Origin: Sedimentisphaerales bacterium
GTDB lineage: Bacteria; Planctomycetota; Phycisphaerae; Sedimentisphaerales; SM23-30
Direction: 5' to 3'
Length of the DNA: 64,000 nt
NCBI GenBank assembly: GCA_963663805.2
Contig: CAXXMR010000009.1
Span: forward strand, 480,001-544,000
Position numbers and translations under genes: made by a program. This document shows, piece after piece, positions 1-9,687 of the stretch. How positions within the stretch are numbered: position 1 is the stretch's first letter; every line of letters starts with the position of its first letter. The notes below the pieces were generated by a model, which was not told the origin of the DNA, ran no database searches, and saw only the letters and a program-made list of their open reading frames with translations.

Positions 1-211
1 GGCCCACCACGCCGTTGCGACGGCTCTCGTGATCGGCCAGTACCGCCACCGGCCCGGCCTCCAAGCCCCCTAAATCAATGCACAACTGGCCATAACCGGG
101 CACGTCCATGAAGCCCCCGGTATAAGCCAAAATCTCCACCGCCGGAATTTTCCGGCTCGCCTCGAACCCCGGCACCTGAACCTCCCCGTGGAGTTCCAGG
201 GTGCCGGGCAT
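1..211 (-). CDS. 5' part of a phage prohead-protease/capsid-like protein (runs off the window edge)
   Basis: Not in the ORF track. ATG at 211, open to position 1: MPGTLELHGEVQVPGFEASRKIPAVEILAYTGGFMDVPGYGQLCIDLGGLEAGPVAVLADHESRRNGVVG. The AYTGGxM..DL.G..L.DH...VG pattern resembles phage head-maturation protease N-termini. Confidence 0.55.
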   Translation of the reverse strand, partial: MPGTLELHGEVQVPGFEASRKIPAVEILAYTGGFMDVPGYGQLCIDLGGLEAGPVAVLADHESRRNGVVG

Positions 212-228
212 GGTTTCGAGGGTGGTTG

Positions 229-783
229 TTATCCCTCCTCCTGAGGGTCGAGAGAGACATCGGCGGGGAAGAATTTCACCCAGCCATAGTCGGTGGCGGC
301 GTTTTCCGCCGGTTCGATTACCGTCGTCAGGCCCAGAATATCAAAGCTCATACTGAAGCCCAGCCCGTATTTGGCCGCTGCCACCCGGTAAGCCTTGACC
401 GCCTGTCCGAACCGCAGATTGCCCACAAAGCAGAAATGTGTCCAGGAATTCCACTCGCGCTTCGCAAAGAGGTGCTCGGCGGCGGCGTCGATATCCGCTT
501 TTTCCCACATGTAGATGGACTGCGAACCGGCCATAAGTTCAGGCTTGACAATGCCTTCTGAAACCATACCAACCAGTTTTTCACCGTCGCAGGTCAGGCC
601 GCGAAGTTTCAGTTCCGATACCGCGCCCTCGGTGTGCTTGGGATATTCCAGAGTCGAACCCTGCTTGTTGCCGTTGGGGGTAACCCTGTCGGCACCGGGC
701 AGCAGGCCCATCAGGTGGTCAAAATCCTCACGAACCCAATAATGACGCTTGGCGGCCGCTTTTTCGTTATCCGTTAAATTCAT
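229..783 (-). CDS. hypothetical protein, possible winged-HTH/excisionase-like segment
   Basis: 184-aa ORF overlapping the sigma gene stop, GGAG RBS. LVGMVSEGIVKP...YMWEKADIDAAAEHL is MerR/Xis-like (weak). Confidence 0.6.
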   Translation of the reverse strand: MNLTDNEKAAAKRHYWVREDFDHLMGLLPGADRVTPNGNKQGSTLEYPKHTEGAVSELKLRGLTCDGEKLVGMVSEGIVKPELMAGSQSIYMWEKADIDAAAEHLFAKREWNSWTHFCFVGNLRFGQAVKAYRVAAAKYGLGFSMSFDILGLTTVIEPAENAATDYGWVKFFPADVSLDPQEEG

Positions 784-1282
784 AATAATACTCCTTGAGT
801 GAGTTAATTTCTCGTTCCACTGTCCTCAAACTACAGCCCAGTTGCTGAGCCATTTCCTGGGTGTCATAACCCGCCATTCGCAGGTTACATACCTGCCGGG
901 TACGTTCCGGCAGTTTTGCCAGAAACTCCTGCACCACTAACTCCTCGTCCGGGCTGCCTCGGGCACTGCTGCGGCTCTCGCAAAGCCTCATCTCCCGGCC
1001 CTCCTCGTCCGTTACCGGGGGCAAAGCCGATTCAGGCTTGGGTTGACGCGATTTTGAGAAATAGTCCCGGATAACATTTTTCCGGCGGTCACGCATCCGA
1101 TTCTTAGCCAGCCCCATGTCCTCGGTTTCCTTCCAAACCTGCCAGCCCGCCAGCAACAGATCCTGGGCGGCGTCCTCTCTCTGGTGGCAATCCCACTTAA
1201 GTCTTTTTCTGACAAGGAGTTTACGCACGAGCATCTTGGCATACGAGTCTAATTCCATGCCGATTTCATTTCGATCTGTCAT
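767..1282 (-). CDS. sigma-70/ECF-like RNA polymerase sigma factor
   Basis: Region 2-like REDAAQDLLL and region 4 HTH LPERTRQVCNLRMAGYDTQEMAQQLGCSLRTVEREI. Confidence 0.8.
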   Translation of the reverse strand: MTDRNEIGMELDSYAKMLVRKLLVRKRLKWDCHQREDAAQDLLLAGWQVWKETEDMGLAKNRMRDRRKNVIRDYFSKSRQPKPESALPPVTDEEGREMRLCESRSSARGSPDEELVVQEFLAKLPERTRQVCNLRMAGYDTQEMAQQLGCSLRTVEREINSLKEYYYEFNG

Positions 1283-1502
1283 GACATCCTTTCATCTCTG
1301 AACAATAAAACCCGGGTCCCTATTGTACTAATCCACTTGAATGGGAGGAAACCGCCAAAAAAAATAAATTAATCTGTGCCCATATCATGCGGCAATTTAA
1401 TCCTGCTTACCCAAATAAATCCCAGAAACATTTTATGGTAGTAACATAAATATCTTTCTGCTATATTGCTAAAAATTATTAGCAACCTGATCTGGAGTTA
1501 GA

Positions 1503-2003
1503 ATGGATTACGTGAATAAAGCCATAGCAAAAATCGCTGATCGATATAATTTGCCTAAACCTTTGGATAGAAAACTTGGTGATTTTGCAAGAGATTTACA
1601 ATCTTTTGTTAGCAAAGAAAACATTCCTATTTCCAAAGTGTTCAGGGAGATCAGTGAAGAACTTGCTGGCCAGATAGTTGTTCCAATAGCAAAAAAAGAT
1701 ATGTTCAATGACGTTCCATTACCCCCTGGCCTTACAAAAGAGCATATTCGCAATGCTATGGACTACACAACTTCGATGATTGCTAATATTAACCATGACA
1801 TGTCCACAGGCATTGGCTCTCCTCTAGCGAGTTTTATACAAGTAAATAATTTTAGCGGAATCGTCAGTAATGTACTAACTGACGGTATGGATAAATACAG
1901 CACTTATAAACACAACCACGATCAGCGTTACCCTGACCTTAAGAATGCTAGCGGTGTTGGTCTTGAGATGAAAGCCGCCAACAAAGCAGGGAAAGGTGGG
2001 GAA
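1503..2003 (+). pseudogene. PD-(D/E)xK restriction-endonuclease-like gene, 3'-truncated by IS3
   Basis: AT-rich ORF with YPDL...GLEMKA motif. The last codons (CIGSA*) are read from the IS3 inverted repeat starting at 2004. Confidence 0.6.
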
Positions 2004-2047
2004 TGTATTGGTTCAGCGTGAATTGGACAAATGGGTTTCACGATTAA

Positions 2048-2231
2048 CTCTTAAACTTGCCTTCGGCAAGAGGTTTTTAAAGGCATAAGAAGGCTCTGAA
2101 TTGTCTGTGGAACGCCTCACACCTGGGGCGGCAGGTGTATAACTGCCACCCCCACGACAATTCGTCGCCTTGGTCTGGCTATCCCTGGCAGGTTGCACCT
2201 CTGCAGAGCCTGCGTCCGTTTCGCCTACCAA
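2048..2231 (-). ncRNA. putative structured non-coding RNA in the IS3 3' end
   Basis: Sigma70-like promoter upstream and at least five stems visible by eye (see findings). Confidence 0.55.
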
Positions 2232-2235
2232 CGGT

Positions 2236-2264
2236 ATTGTCCGGGCGTTCCCAATCTCTGTCAA
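2236..2264 (-). promoter_or_regulatory. sigma70-like promoter inside IS3, just after the orfB stop
   Basis: TTGACA (2264-2259), 17 nt, GACAAT (2241-2236). Confidence 0.6.
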
Positions 2265-2275
2265 GCGTCTTTTCA

Positions 2276-3232
2276 CTACGACACCTTTCTCAGGGCTTTG
2301 CGGGCCTGACGGGCGGCATCGAGTTTGGCTTCCCGGGCGGCCAGAATCGTTTCGGCCCGGCCGGCAAGTTTATCGTTGGGCGTAATATATCCAATCGCAC
2401 TGTGTAGCCGCTGGTCATTGTAATGCCTCACAAAATCAGCCACCAGGCGACACGCATCATCCCGCGACAATGGCGTATGAACTCGAATACAGGTACCCTT
2501 GATCGTTTTGTGATAGCGTTCGAGTTTTCCGTTGCTCTGCGGATAATACGGCGAGGTCTTGACATGTGTCATACCGCTGAGCCGAATAAACTCTTTGAAG
2601 TCCTTCGAGATAAACTGCGGGCCGTTGTCCGAGATTATCCGCGGTCGAGCCTCGGGGAATTTCTCACGGGCATGCTGAAGAATAATTTCCACCTCCGCCT
2701 CCGTCATCGACTCCTTGATATCCCAATGCACGAGGTATCGGCTAAAACCGTCCAGAATGGAACACATGTAGTAAAAGGTGCCGCAGATATTAATGTACGA
2801 AATGTCGATATGCCAGTGTTCATGCGGTTTTAAGGGCTGAGCGAAGCCACTGCCTTTTTTGGAGGGTTTGCCGTTGAAGCGTTGCAGCAAATCCGCCTTT
2901 GACAACACTCGATAAACGCTGGCAGGACTCACCGCGACAATATCCTCATCCATCATCATATAAGTCAGCCGCCGATAGCCTTCCCGCGGATGATCCGCAT
3001 GATAGGCGATGATCGACTGTGTTTCGACATCGGTGAGCCAGAAGTCACGAGGAATCCAGCCGTTGTGCTCGTTGACCTTGCCATAACGTTTCTGCCAGTC
3101 ATAAAACTTGCTGCGAGAAATGCCCATCCAGTTTATCATTGTCGCGGCCTTCACTTCCGTTTTATCCGTCCATTTGCGCACATAATCAACGACTTCATCC
3201 CGAACATCCGGTTCCGCCCAGGCGTCTTTCAA
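2276..3232 (-). CDS. IS3 transposase OrfB (DDE integrase core)
   Basis: WHIDISY, ISDNGPQF, PQSNGKLERYH; -1 frame relative to orfA. Confidence 0.95.
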   Translation of the reverse strand: MKDAWAEPDVRDEVVDYVRKWTDKTEVKAATMINWMGISRSKFYDWQKRYGKVNEHNGWIPRDFWLTDVETQSIIAYHADHPREGYRRLTYMMMDEDIVAVSPASVYRVLSKADLLQRFNGKPSKKGSGFAQPLKPHEHWHIDISYINICGTFYYMCSILDGFSRYLVHWDIKESMTEAEVEIILQHAREKFPEARPRIISDNGPQFISKDFKEFIRLSGMTHVKTSPYYPQSNGKLERYHKTIKGTCIRVHTPLSRDDACRLVADFVRHYNDQRLHSAIGYITPNDKLAGRAETILAAREAKLDAARQARKALRKVS

Positions 3233-3537
3233 CCCGGACCATGCTTTTTTTTTAAGTCGATGTTATGCTCAACCAGCTCGGCGATGACCTCATCTTTTTT
3301 GACCAGCTTTTTGTCGAGTTTTTTGATCAGGTTTTCCAGTTCATACTCCCGGCCGACCTTTTTGGGTTCAAAGGCCGTGGCTCCATTTTCAAAAAACAGC
3401 TTCTGCCACTGGTAAAACTGGGTCGGAGCGATGCCGTACTGCTGGCAAACCTCCGACAAAGGCCGCTTCTCCAGAAGATGCTCCCGAATAATCCTTACCT
3501 TCTCCACCGCCTCAAACCGCCTACGCTCCTGTTTCAT
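3229..3537 (-). CDS. IS3 transposase OrfA (HTH)
   Basis: HTH LSEVCQQYGIAPTQFYQWQK. A9G slippery run at 3244-3253 with an open -1 frame (KKAWSGLKD) into orfB, consistent with programmed -1 frameshifting. Confidence 0.92.
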   Translation of the reverse strand: MKQERRRFEAVEKVRIIREHLLEKRPLSEVCQQYGIAPTQFYQWQKLFFENGATAFEPKKVGREYELENLIKKLDKKLVKKDEVIAELVEHNIDLKKKHGPG

Positions 3538-3639
3538 AACAAATCCCTTTCAAAAATATACATAAAGAATAGCAACTTTAAAGGATTTGTCCATTTCCAA
3601 CTGAGGCAATACAAAACCGTCTTCCCTGATATTTTCCGC

Positions 3640-4053
3640 TTATTTCTTGTATACCTCGTTGGGGTCATATACCGGCTCAGCCACGAATTCCAGTTCGCTG
3701 CTGCTGCCGGGCAGAACCCGTCGATAGAAACAAGACTGATAACCTACGTGGCATTGTCCCTGGTCAACTTCGACCTTCAGAATCAGGCAGTCCTGGTCAC
3801 AATCCACCAGGATTTGCTTTACCAGCTGAACATGTCCGGACTCCTCGCCCTTGGCCCATAACTTCTTACGTGACCGGCTGTAATATACGGCACGGCCTCG
3901 CTCAATTGTCAATGCGAGCGACTCATCGTTCATATATGCCACCATTAGCACTTGACCGGTCTGGGCATCCTGTGCGATTGCCGGAATCAAACCGTCCGCG
4001 TCAAATTTAGGTTTAAATTCTTTGCCGATTTCAATTTCTTTGGGTGCGCCCAT
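3640..4053 (-). CDS. hisI: phosphoribosyl-AMP cyclohydrolase
   Basis: [32 protein letters not shown]. Confidence 0.95.
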   Translation of the reverse strand: MGAPKEIEIGKEFKPKFDADGLIPAIAQDAQTGQVLMVAYMNDESLALTIERGRAVYYSRSRKKLWAKGEESGHVQLVKQILVDCDQDCLILKVEVDQGQCHVGYQSCFYRRVLPGSSSELEFVAEPVYDPNEVYKK

Positions 4054-4386
4054 TTAGCTGCTCCATTCTTGATTTCAACTACCGCTGGAAATATCCGGTT
4101 TCCAACGCGACAGCCGTCTAACACGTCTGCCTTATACCAAACGAAATCGCCAGTATAGCCGTTCCGAATATCAAAACAACCCCACTTTTTTCAAAGAAAC
4201 ATCCCGCGGATAACTCAAACCCTTCTCGGAAATACATTTTTATAGGACCTCGCCAGCGGGGGACACTCAATATCAACTCAAAAAACCGACATAAATCATG
4301 TCTCCCTTCAGTCTTATGCGAATTATCCCGAAATCCAGAGTAGGTGAGTTGCAGGGATATTTGCGGGTTGGACACGAGGTATTGGT

Positions 4387-5633
4387 ATGGAAATTATACA
4401 AATTGAAAATCTGTTGCAGGAATGTAATTTCGATGAGCTCCAGGCGGTCGAAAACATCGTCGAGGATATGATTCATTCAATCGAACCGCAAATTGCCTCG
4501 GAAATACCCGCTCTTGCCAAGGAGCAACGTGCCGAAAAGCGTTTTCAGAGCAACTCCCTGGCCACGATTTCCCGGACAATAGACGTAAAGCCTGGAGAGA
4601 GAAGGACTTACACCGCGAACATTCTTGATCTTTCCCGCAGCGGCATGCGTCTCAAGGTCGATACCAATTTCATACCCTCCCGCCTGCTCGAAATAACTTT
4701 CGCGGCGCCGGGTGGGAAAATGAAGCGTAGTTTCCTCGAAATCGTTCGTCTTCGTAAAATGGCAGATCCCGACAATACCTGGCTCGAAGTGGGCTGCCGC
4801 GGCATGGACCCGGAAAAAGTACGTCGTCTCCAGATGCAGGATGAACGGATTGCCAGAATGCGGAGCAAACTTCACACGAAGTGGGGGCTGCTGCTGCTGG
4901 TTGTCGGCCCCGACTGCGATGCGGTTAATTTTGTTACAACCCGCATCAAACGGGCGGGTTTCCAGGCCCAGCACCTCTCCACCGTACATCAGGCTATGCT
5001 CCGGGCGGAAAAACTTTCGGCTCAACTAGTGATTTTCGCTCAGGGTAGGGACCTCTGCAACAATTCTGAAATGCTCGAAGAAGCCCTGGCAGGCCCCAGA
5101 TCTATCACTACGATGGCAATCGTGGAAAATCACGAGCAGCGATTTTCGCTTTATCATGCGGGCATTGATGAATGCCTGCTCCAGGCAGATTGCGACCATT
5201 TTCTTTTCCAGGCTATTGAACGTTCACTGCTTAGCCATGCCTCCCGTTACGACTGTACCCATAGCAACGATACCGCCCAGACTCTGCTTATCAGCAACGA
5301 TTCGCCCACCATCAACCTGGTTGGTTTTCGGCTGGAAGAAAATCACCTTGACTTCAAGGTTCTGTCCACCTGTGAAAAAGCCATCGAGTTTGCGGGCAGT
5401 AACCTAAAAGTAATTTTTCGCACAGTTCGACCCCCGCCAACCCGGAGATTTTAACCGCCTTGACAGCGGCCCACCCCAATGTCCCTATTATCGCTCTTTG
5501 CCCCCAGATTGCCGACGGTCACGCCGCGATGCTCAGCGGAGCCGCCCACTATCTCACTATCCCACCCACCGCCGAAGACATGCGTATGGTACTGCAAAGC
5601 ACCAGCCGGAAAAGCAAAAAAAACCAAGCATAA
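4387..5633 (+). CDS. PilZ domain plus two degenerate receiver-like domains (apparent frameshift near 5414-5435)
   Basis: QRAEKRF (RxxxR) and DLSRSG (DxSxxG). The second receiver continues in another frame (PNVPIIALC...AMLSGAAHYLTIP) to TAA 5631-5633. Confidence 0.75.
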
Positions 5634-5745
5634 TATTGAGACCCAGGATGCAACCTCAGGATGAATTTGAAAAAGTACTGGAGTTTTGTAAAGTGATATT
5701 TCAATGGACCGTGGACCGTTGAAACTAACCTATAGGGGTAACTGG

Positions 5746-7765
5746 ATGATTACTTTTGTTCAAAAAATACTGAAACTTAATTATTTTCTCCCACTCTGTC
5801 TGGCCGTCCTGCTCCTGCTGAATTTTTCTATACTGGCTATCTACATCCATCATCAGCATTTGGTCAGCCAGGAGATACTTGAACACCCGGACCTGGCTAA
5901 ATCACTTACCGCCCCTCATTTTTTTTCGTTCATACTGCCGATTTTTGCGGGAATTCTCGCTATCGTTCTAAGCGTTTTTGTTCATCGCCACATTTCCGGA
6001 ATCACTCACCGACTCGCGCGTGAAAACCATAAACTCAATCTCCAAATTGCCGAGACCGGTCGAGCCGAAAACGTTGCTCAGAAAAGTCTGGAATTTCTCA
6101 ATACGGTCATTGAATCCCTTACTCATCCCTTTGTGGTCATCGACGCCAAAGACTTTCACGTCAAAATCGCTAACCAGGCAGCCCTGAAAACCGGCTCACT
6201 GGCCCCGGCGACCTGTCATCTGCTCTTTCATGACTCCGAAGAACCCTGTCAAGCAGAAGGGGGGCACTGTCCCGTAAAAATTGTCACCCAGACCCAGCAG
6301 CCCGCCGTCATTGAACACACTCACTTCGACAGAGACGGCAATCCCATCGTGGTCCGTGTTTTTGCCTACCCGATTTTCGATGAAGACGGCAGCATCAATC
6401 AGGTCATCGAATACACCGTCGATATTACCGAGCTCCGGCAGCACGAAAACGAGCTGCTCCAGGCCAACCAGAAAGCCGAAAAAGCTCTACATAAACTTGA
6501 GCAAACTAATTGCGAGCTTCAGTCTTCCATCGAATGTGCCCAGCTCATGACCCGCGAAGCCCAAATCGCCAATCAAGCCAAGAGTGAATTTCTGGCTAAC
6601 ATGAGTCACGAAATCCGCACCCCGCTCAATAGTATCATAGGTTTTTCCGAACTGCTCCAGACCGAAAAACTCTCCCCGCAAATCCTAGAATATATCGAAA
6701 CCATCAACCATTGCGGTCACTCACTGCTTTCGATCGTCAGCGACATCCTCGATTTTTCTCTCGCTGAGGCTGAGTCACTCCACATTGACTATTACGAAAC
6801 ATCCCTCATTGAATCCCTGAACACCATTTACAAAATCATGCATCCGCACGCCGTGGACAAAAAAAATCGATTTCAAAATCGAATACCTCACCCCCATCCC
6901 GCAATCGGTCAAAACCGACCATGTCAGACTGCGTCAATGCCTCAGCAACCTGGTCAACAACGCGATCAAATTCACTCATGAAGGACATGTCATACTGAAG
7001 GTCGCCTTCAACAGTGATTTACAAAACCCCGCCCTCCGGTTTGAAATCGAAGATACCGGCATAGGCATTGCTCCCGAAAATCAAAATAAAATTTTTGAGG
7101 CATTCACCCAGGTAGACGGCAGCGCCTCCCGAAGATATGGCGGGACCGGGCTGGGACTGGCCATCAGCAGAAGACTTGCCCAGTCGCTCAAAGGAGAAAT
7201 TACCCTCGAAAGCGGGGACCAACAGGGCACGACTTTTACCCTGAAACTGCCATTGCAGGATTATAATACTGACACTCCCCTTATATATCCACGCGCCGCC
7301 CAACAGGCAGTGCCCCAGCAGGAACTGTCTGCCAAAAAGAAAAAACATATACTCGTCGTCGAAGACAACCCCAACACCCAGAAACTGGCCTGTGCTATTC
7401 TTAAACGTCATGGCTATATGTCAACGGTGGCCGCCGATGGCGAAAAGGCCGTCAAAGCCCTCCTGGAAGAAGATTATGACCTGGTATTAATGGACATGCA
7501 AATGCCAGTACTCGACGGATACCAGGCCACTAAAAAGATCAGGGCCTTTAATACCGATGTTCCCATTGTCGCGGTAACGGCGCACGCCCTTAGCAATGAC
7601 CGACACAAATGCCTGAAGGCCGGCTGTGACGATTATATCGCCAAGCCGTTCGACCAGGAATCGCTTATGGCCATTATAAAAAACAATCTTGACAAAAAAA
7701 ATCCCCCGGCAGAAAAACCCACCCCTTCACTGCTCGGTGCTGCGTTCCTGGGCCTTGCGGATTAA
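5746..7765 (+). CDS. membrane PAS hybrid histidine kinase/receiver (apparent frameshift at A8 6859-6866)
   Basis: Two TM segments, PAS, FLANMSHEIRTPLN. After the shift: RLRQCLSNLVNNAIKFT, DTGIGI, GGTGLGL, then receiver LVLMDMQMP...IAKPF. Confidence 0.9.
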
Positions 7766-8005
7766 ATCGAAAATACTAACCATCTTATCACGCGGCGGCG
7801 CGGTAATTCGGGCCAACTCGTTTTCGCTGTAATGGTCCCGCATAAAAGATTCTATATCGAATATTTCGAACCAGCAGTCAAAAATTTTGCGACAGGGCAA
7901 AGGTTCACCCTCTGCCCCGCCGCATATCCGACAATAGTCAAAATTAACTTCATGGCCCAGCATTCGACACCGAATGCTGCGTCCGTCATGTTGGTCAATA
8001 CTCAA
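7727..8005 (-). CDS. small Cys-rich hypothetical protein
   Basis: 92 aa, RCRMLGHEV..YCRIC..PCRKIFDCW; 8 bp downstream of trpB2. Confidence 0.7.
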   Translation of the reverse strand: MSIDQHDGRSIRCRMLGHEVNFDYCRICGGAEGEPLPCRKIFDCWFEIFDIESFMRDHYSENELARITAPPRDKMVSIFDLIRKAQERSTEQ

Positions 8006-8012
8006 AATTCTA

Positions 8013-9401
8013 TTACCACTTTCCGCTCTTAACCGCCGGCGGTTTCGGCAGGCCTTCCAAAGCCTTCAACGAACGGTCCATATCTTCCTGCGGCAGCGGA
8101 TAGTCATGCAGGCGACCTTCCATGTAGGCCTGATAGCCGGTCAGGTCCATCAAACCATGGCCGCTCCAGTTGAAGATGATAACCTTTTCTTTGCCTTCTT
8201 CCTTGGCCTGTTTTGCTTCCCGAATTGTCGCGGCGATTGCGTGTGAAGTCTCCGGGGCACTAATGAATCCTTCGGTGCGAGCCCAGAGCATGGCTGCTTC
8301 ATAACATTCAATCTGATGCAATGCCAGCGGTTCCAGCAAACCTTCTACGGCTGCCTGAGACACCAGCGGAGCCATACCGTGATAGCGTAAACCACCGGCG
8401 TGAATAGCGGGCGGCACAAAATCATGCCCCAACGAATGCATGGGCAGTAACGGCGTCATTTTTGCGGTATCGCCGTGGTCATAACAGAACGGAGCCCGTG
8501 TCAGCGTGGGACAGGAGGTTGGCTCTACCGGAATAACCCGAATATTAGCACCGGCGATTTTATCTGCCAGGAACGGGAACGAAAGGCCCGCGAAATTACT
8601 TCCACCGCCGGCACATCCGATTACCACGTCAGCCTGCTTTTCGCCGAACATCGCCAGCTGCTTTTTCGCCTCCAGACCAATGATAGACTGATGCAGCATA
8701 ACATGATTCAAAACACTGCCCAAAGCGTAACGAGTCTCGCCTTTGGGGTCTGTTACCGCTGCTTCGATAGCTTCACTAATGGCGATACCCAGACTGCCGG
8801 GCGTATCGGGCATTTTTTCCAGAATCGCCCGGCCCGCCTGAGTTGTCTCACTCGGACTGGGTATGCACTTGCCGCCCCAGGTCTCCATCATCAGCCGCCG
8901 GAAAGGTTTCTGGTCGAAACTGATACGAACCATATAAACCTTGCACTCCAGCCCGATTAAGGCACAGGCAAAACTCAGGGCACTGCCCCATTGACCTGCT
9001 CCAGTCTCGGTCGTCAGTTTCTTAATTCCAAATTGCTTGTTATACCAAGCCTGAGCCACTGCCGTATTGGGCTTGTGACTGCCAGCTGGGCTCACACCTT
9101 CGTTCTTATAGTAAATTCGGGCGGGGGTGTCCAAAGCCTTTTCCAGACCGCGGGCACGATACAAAGGAGAGGGCCGCCACTTATACAAAATTTCAAGAAT
9201 TTCTTCCGGAATATCAATCCAGCGTTCCTGCGAAACTTCCTGCTCAATCAGGTTCATCGGGAAAACCGGTGCCAGCATATCAGGCGTTACCGGATTTCCG
9301 TCCGGCCCGAGAGGCGGCTGCATGGGACTGGGCAAATCAGCTGCTAGATTGTACCATTGTTTGGGAATGTCTTTTTCCGTCAGAAAGACCTTTGTAGTCA
9401 T
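8013..9401 (-). CDS. trpB2: TrpB2-type tryptophan synthase beta (PLP enzyme)
   Basis: [35 protein letters not shown]. Confidence 0.93.
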   Translation of the reverse strand: MTTKVFLTEKDIPKQWYNLAADLPSPMQPPLGPDGNPVTPDMLAPVFPMNLIEQEVSQERWIDIPEEILEILYKWRPSPLYRARGLEKALDTPARIYYKNEGVSPAGSHKPNTAVAQAWYNKQFGIKKLTTETGAGQWGSALSFACALIGLECKVYMVRISFDQKPFRRLMMETWGGKCIPSPSETTQAGRAILEKMPDTPGSLGIAISEAIEAAVTDPKGETRYALGSVLNHVMLHQSIIGLEAKKQLAMFGEKQADVVIGCAGGGSNFAGLSFPFLADKIAGANIRVIPVEPTSCPTLTRAPFCYDHGDTAKMTPLLPMHSLGHDFVPPAIHAGGLRYHGMAPLVSQAAVEGLLEPLALHQIECYEAAMLWARTEGFISAPETSHAIAATIREAKQAKEEGKEKVIIFNWSGHGLMDLTGYQAYMEGRLHDYPLPQEDMDRSLKALEGLPKPPAVKSGKW

Positions 9402-9687
9402 ATTATTTTGCTCCAATTAGAATTAAGTCCACATAAATACTGTAAAATCAACATGTTATGCCGACAAGCAGTTTTGTCGCAGGCAACGACCGCGCCGGTT
9501 AGGGCAGGGTTTCAATGCTCGATGATTTTTACCGAATCGGAAACCACCATATCGACAAGACCTTATTCTAGCAGTAAGTTACATCTCCGCCAAACAAAAA
9601 ATCAACTCAAAAAACGTAGGGGGGGGTACATTAAAAACAGTTTTGGGTAGTTCTATCCCGGTGCTGGCGTTTCGGGCTTTTGTTTGG

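Larger units (their letters stand above)
2004..3613 (-). mobile_element. IS3-family insertion sequence, 1610 bp
   Basis: Imperfect terminal IRs TGTATTGGTTCAGCGTGAATTGGACAAAT (2004-) and TGTATTGCCTCAGTTGGAAATGGACAAAT (reverse from 3613); orfA/orfB; no flanking direct repeat. Confidence 0.93.

Noticed and set aside
2013..2276. 87-aa ORF in the IS3 3' region
   Set aside because: No recognisable motif, runs into the terminal IR, and overlaps a promoter and dense stems. An RNA explanation fits better, though a peptide is not excluded.
4272..9615. Exact 15-mer ATCAACTCAAAAAAC at 4272 and 9601, upstream of hisI and trpB2
   Set aside because: Low complexity; a match this long is expected by chance in 64 kb, and no attenuator or leader peptide was seen.
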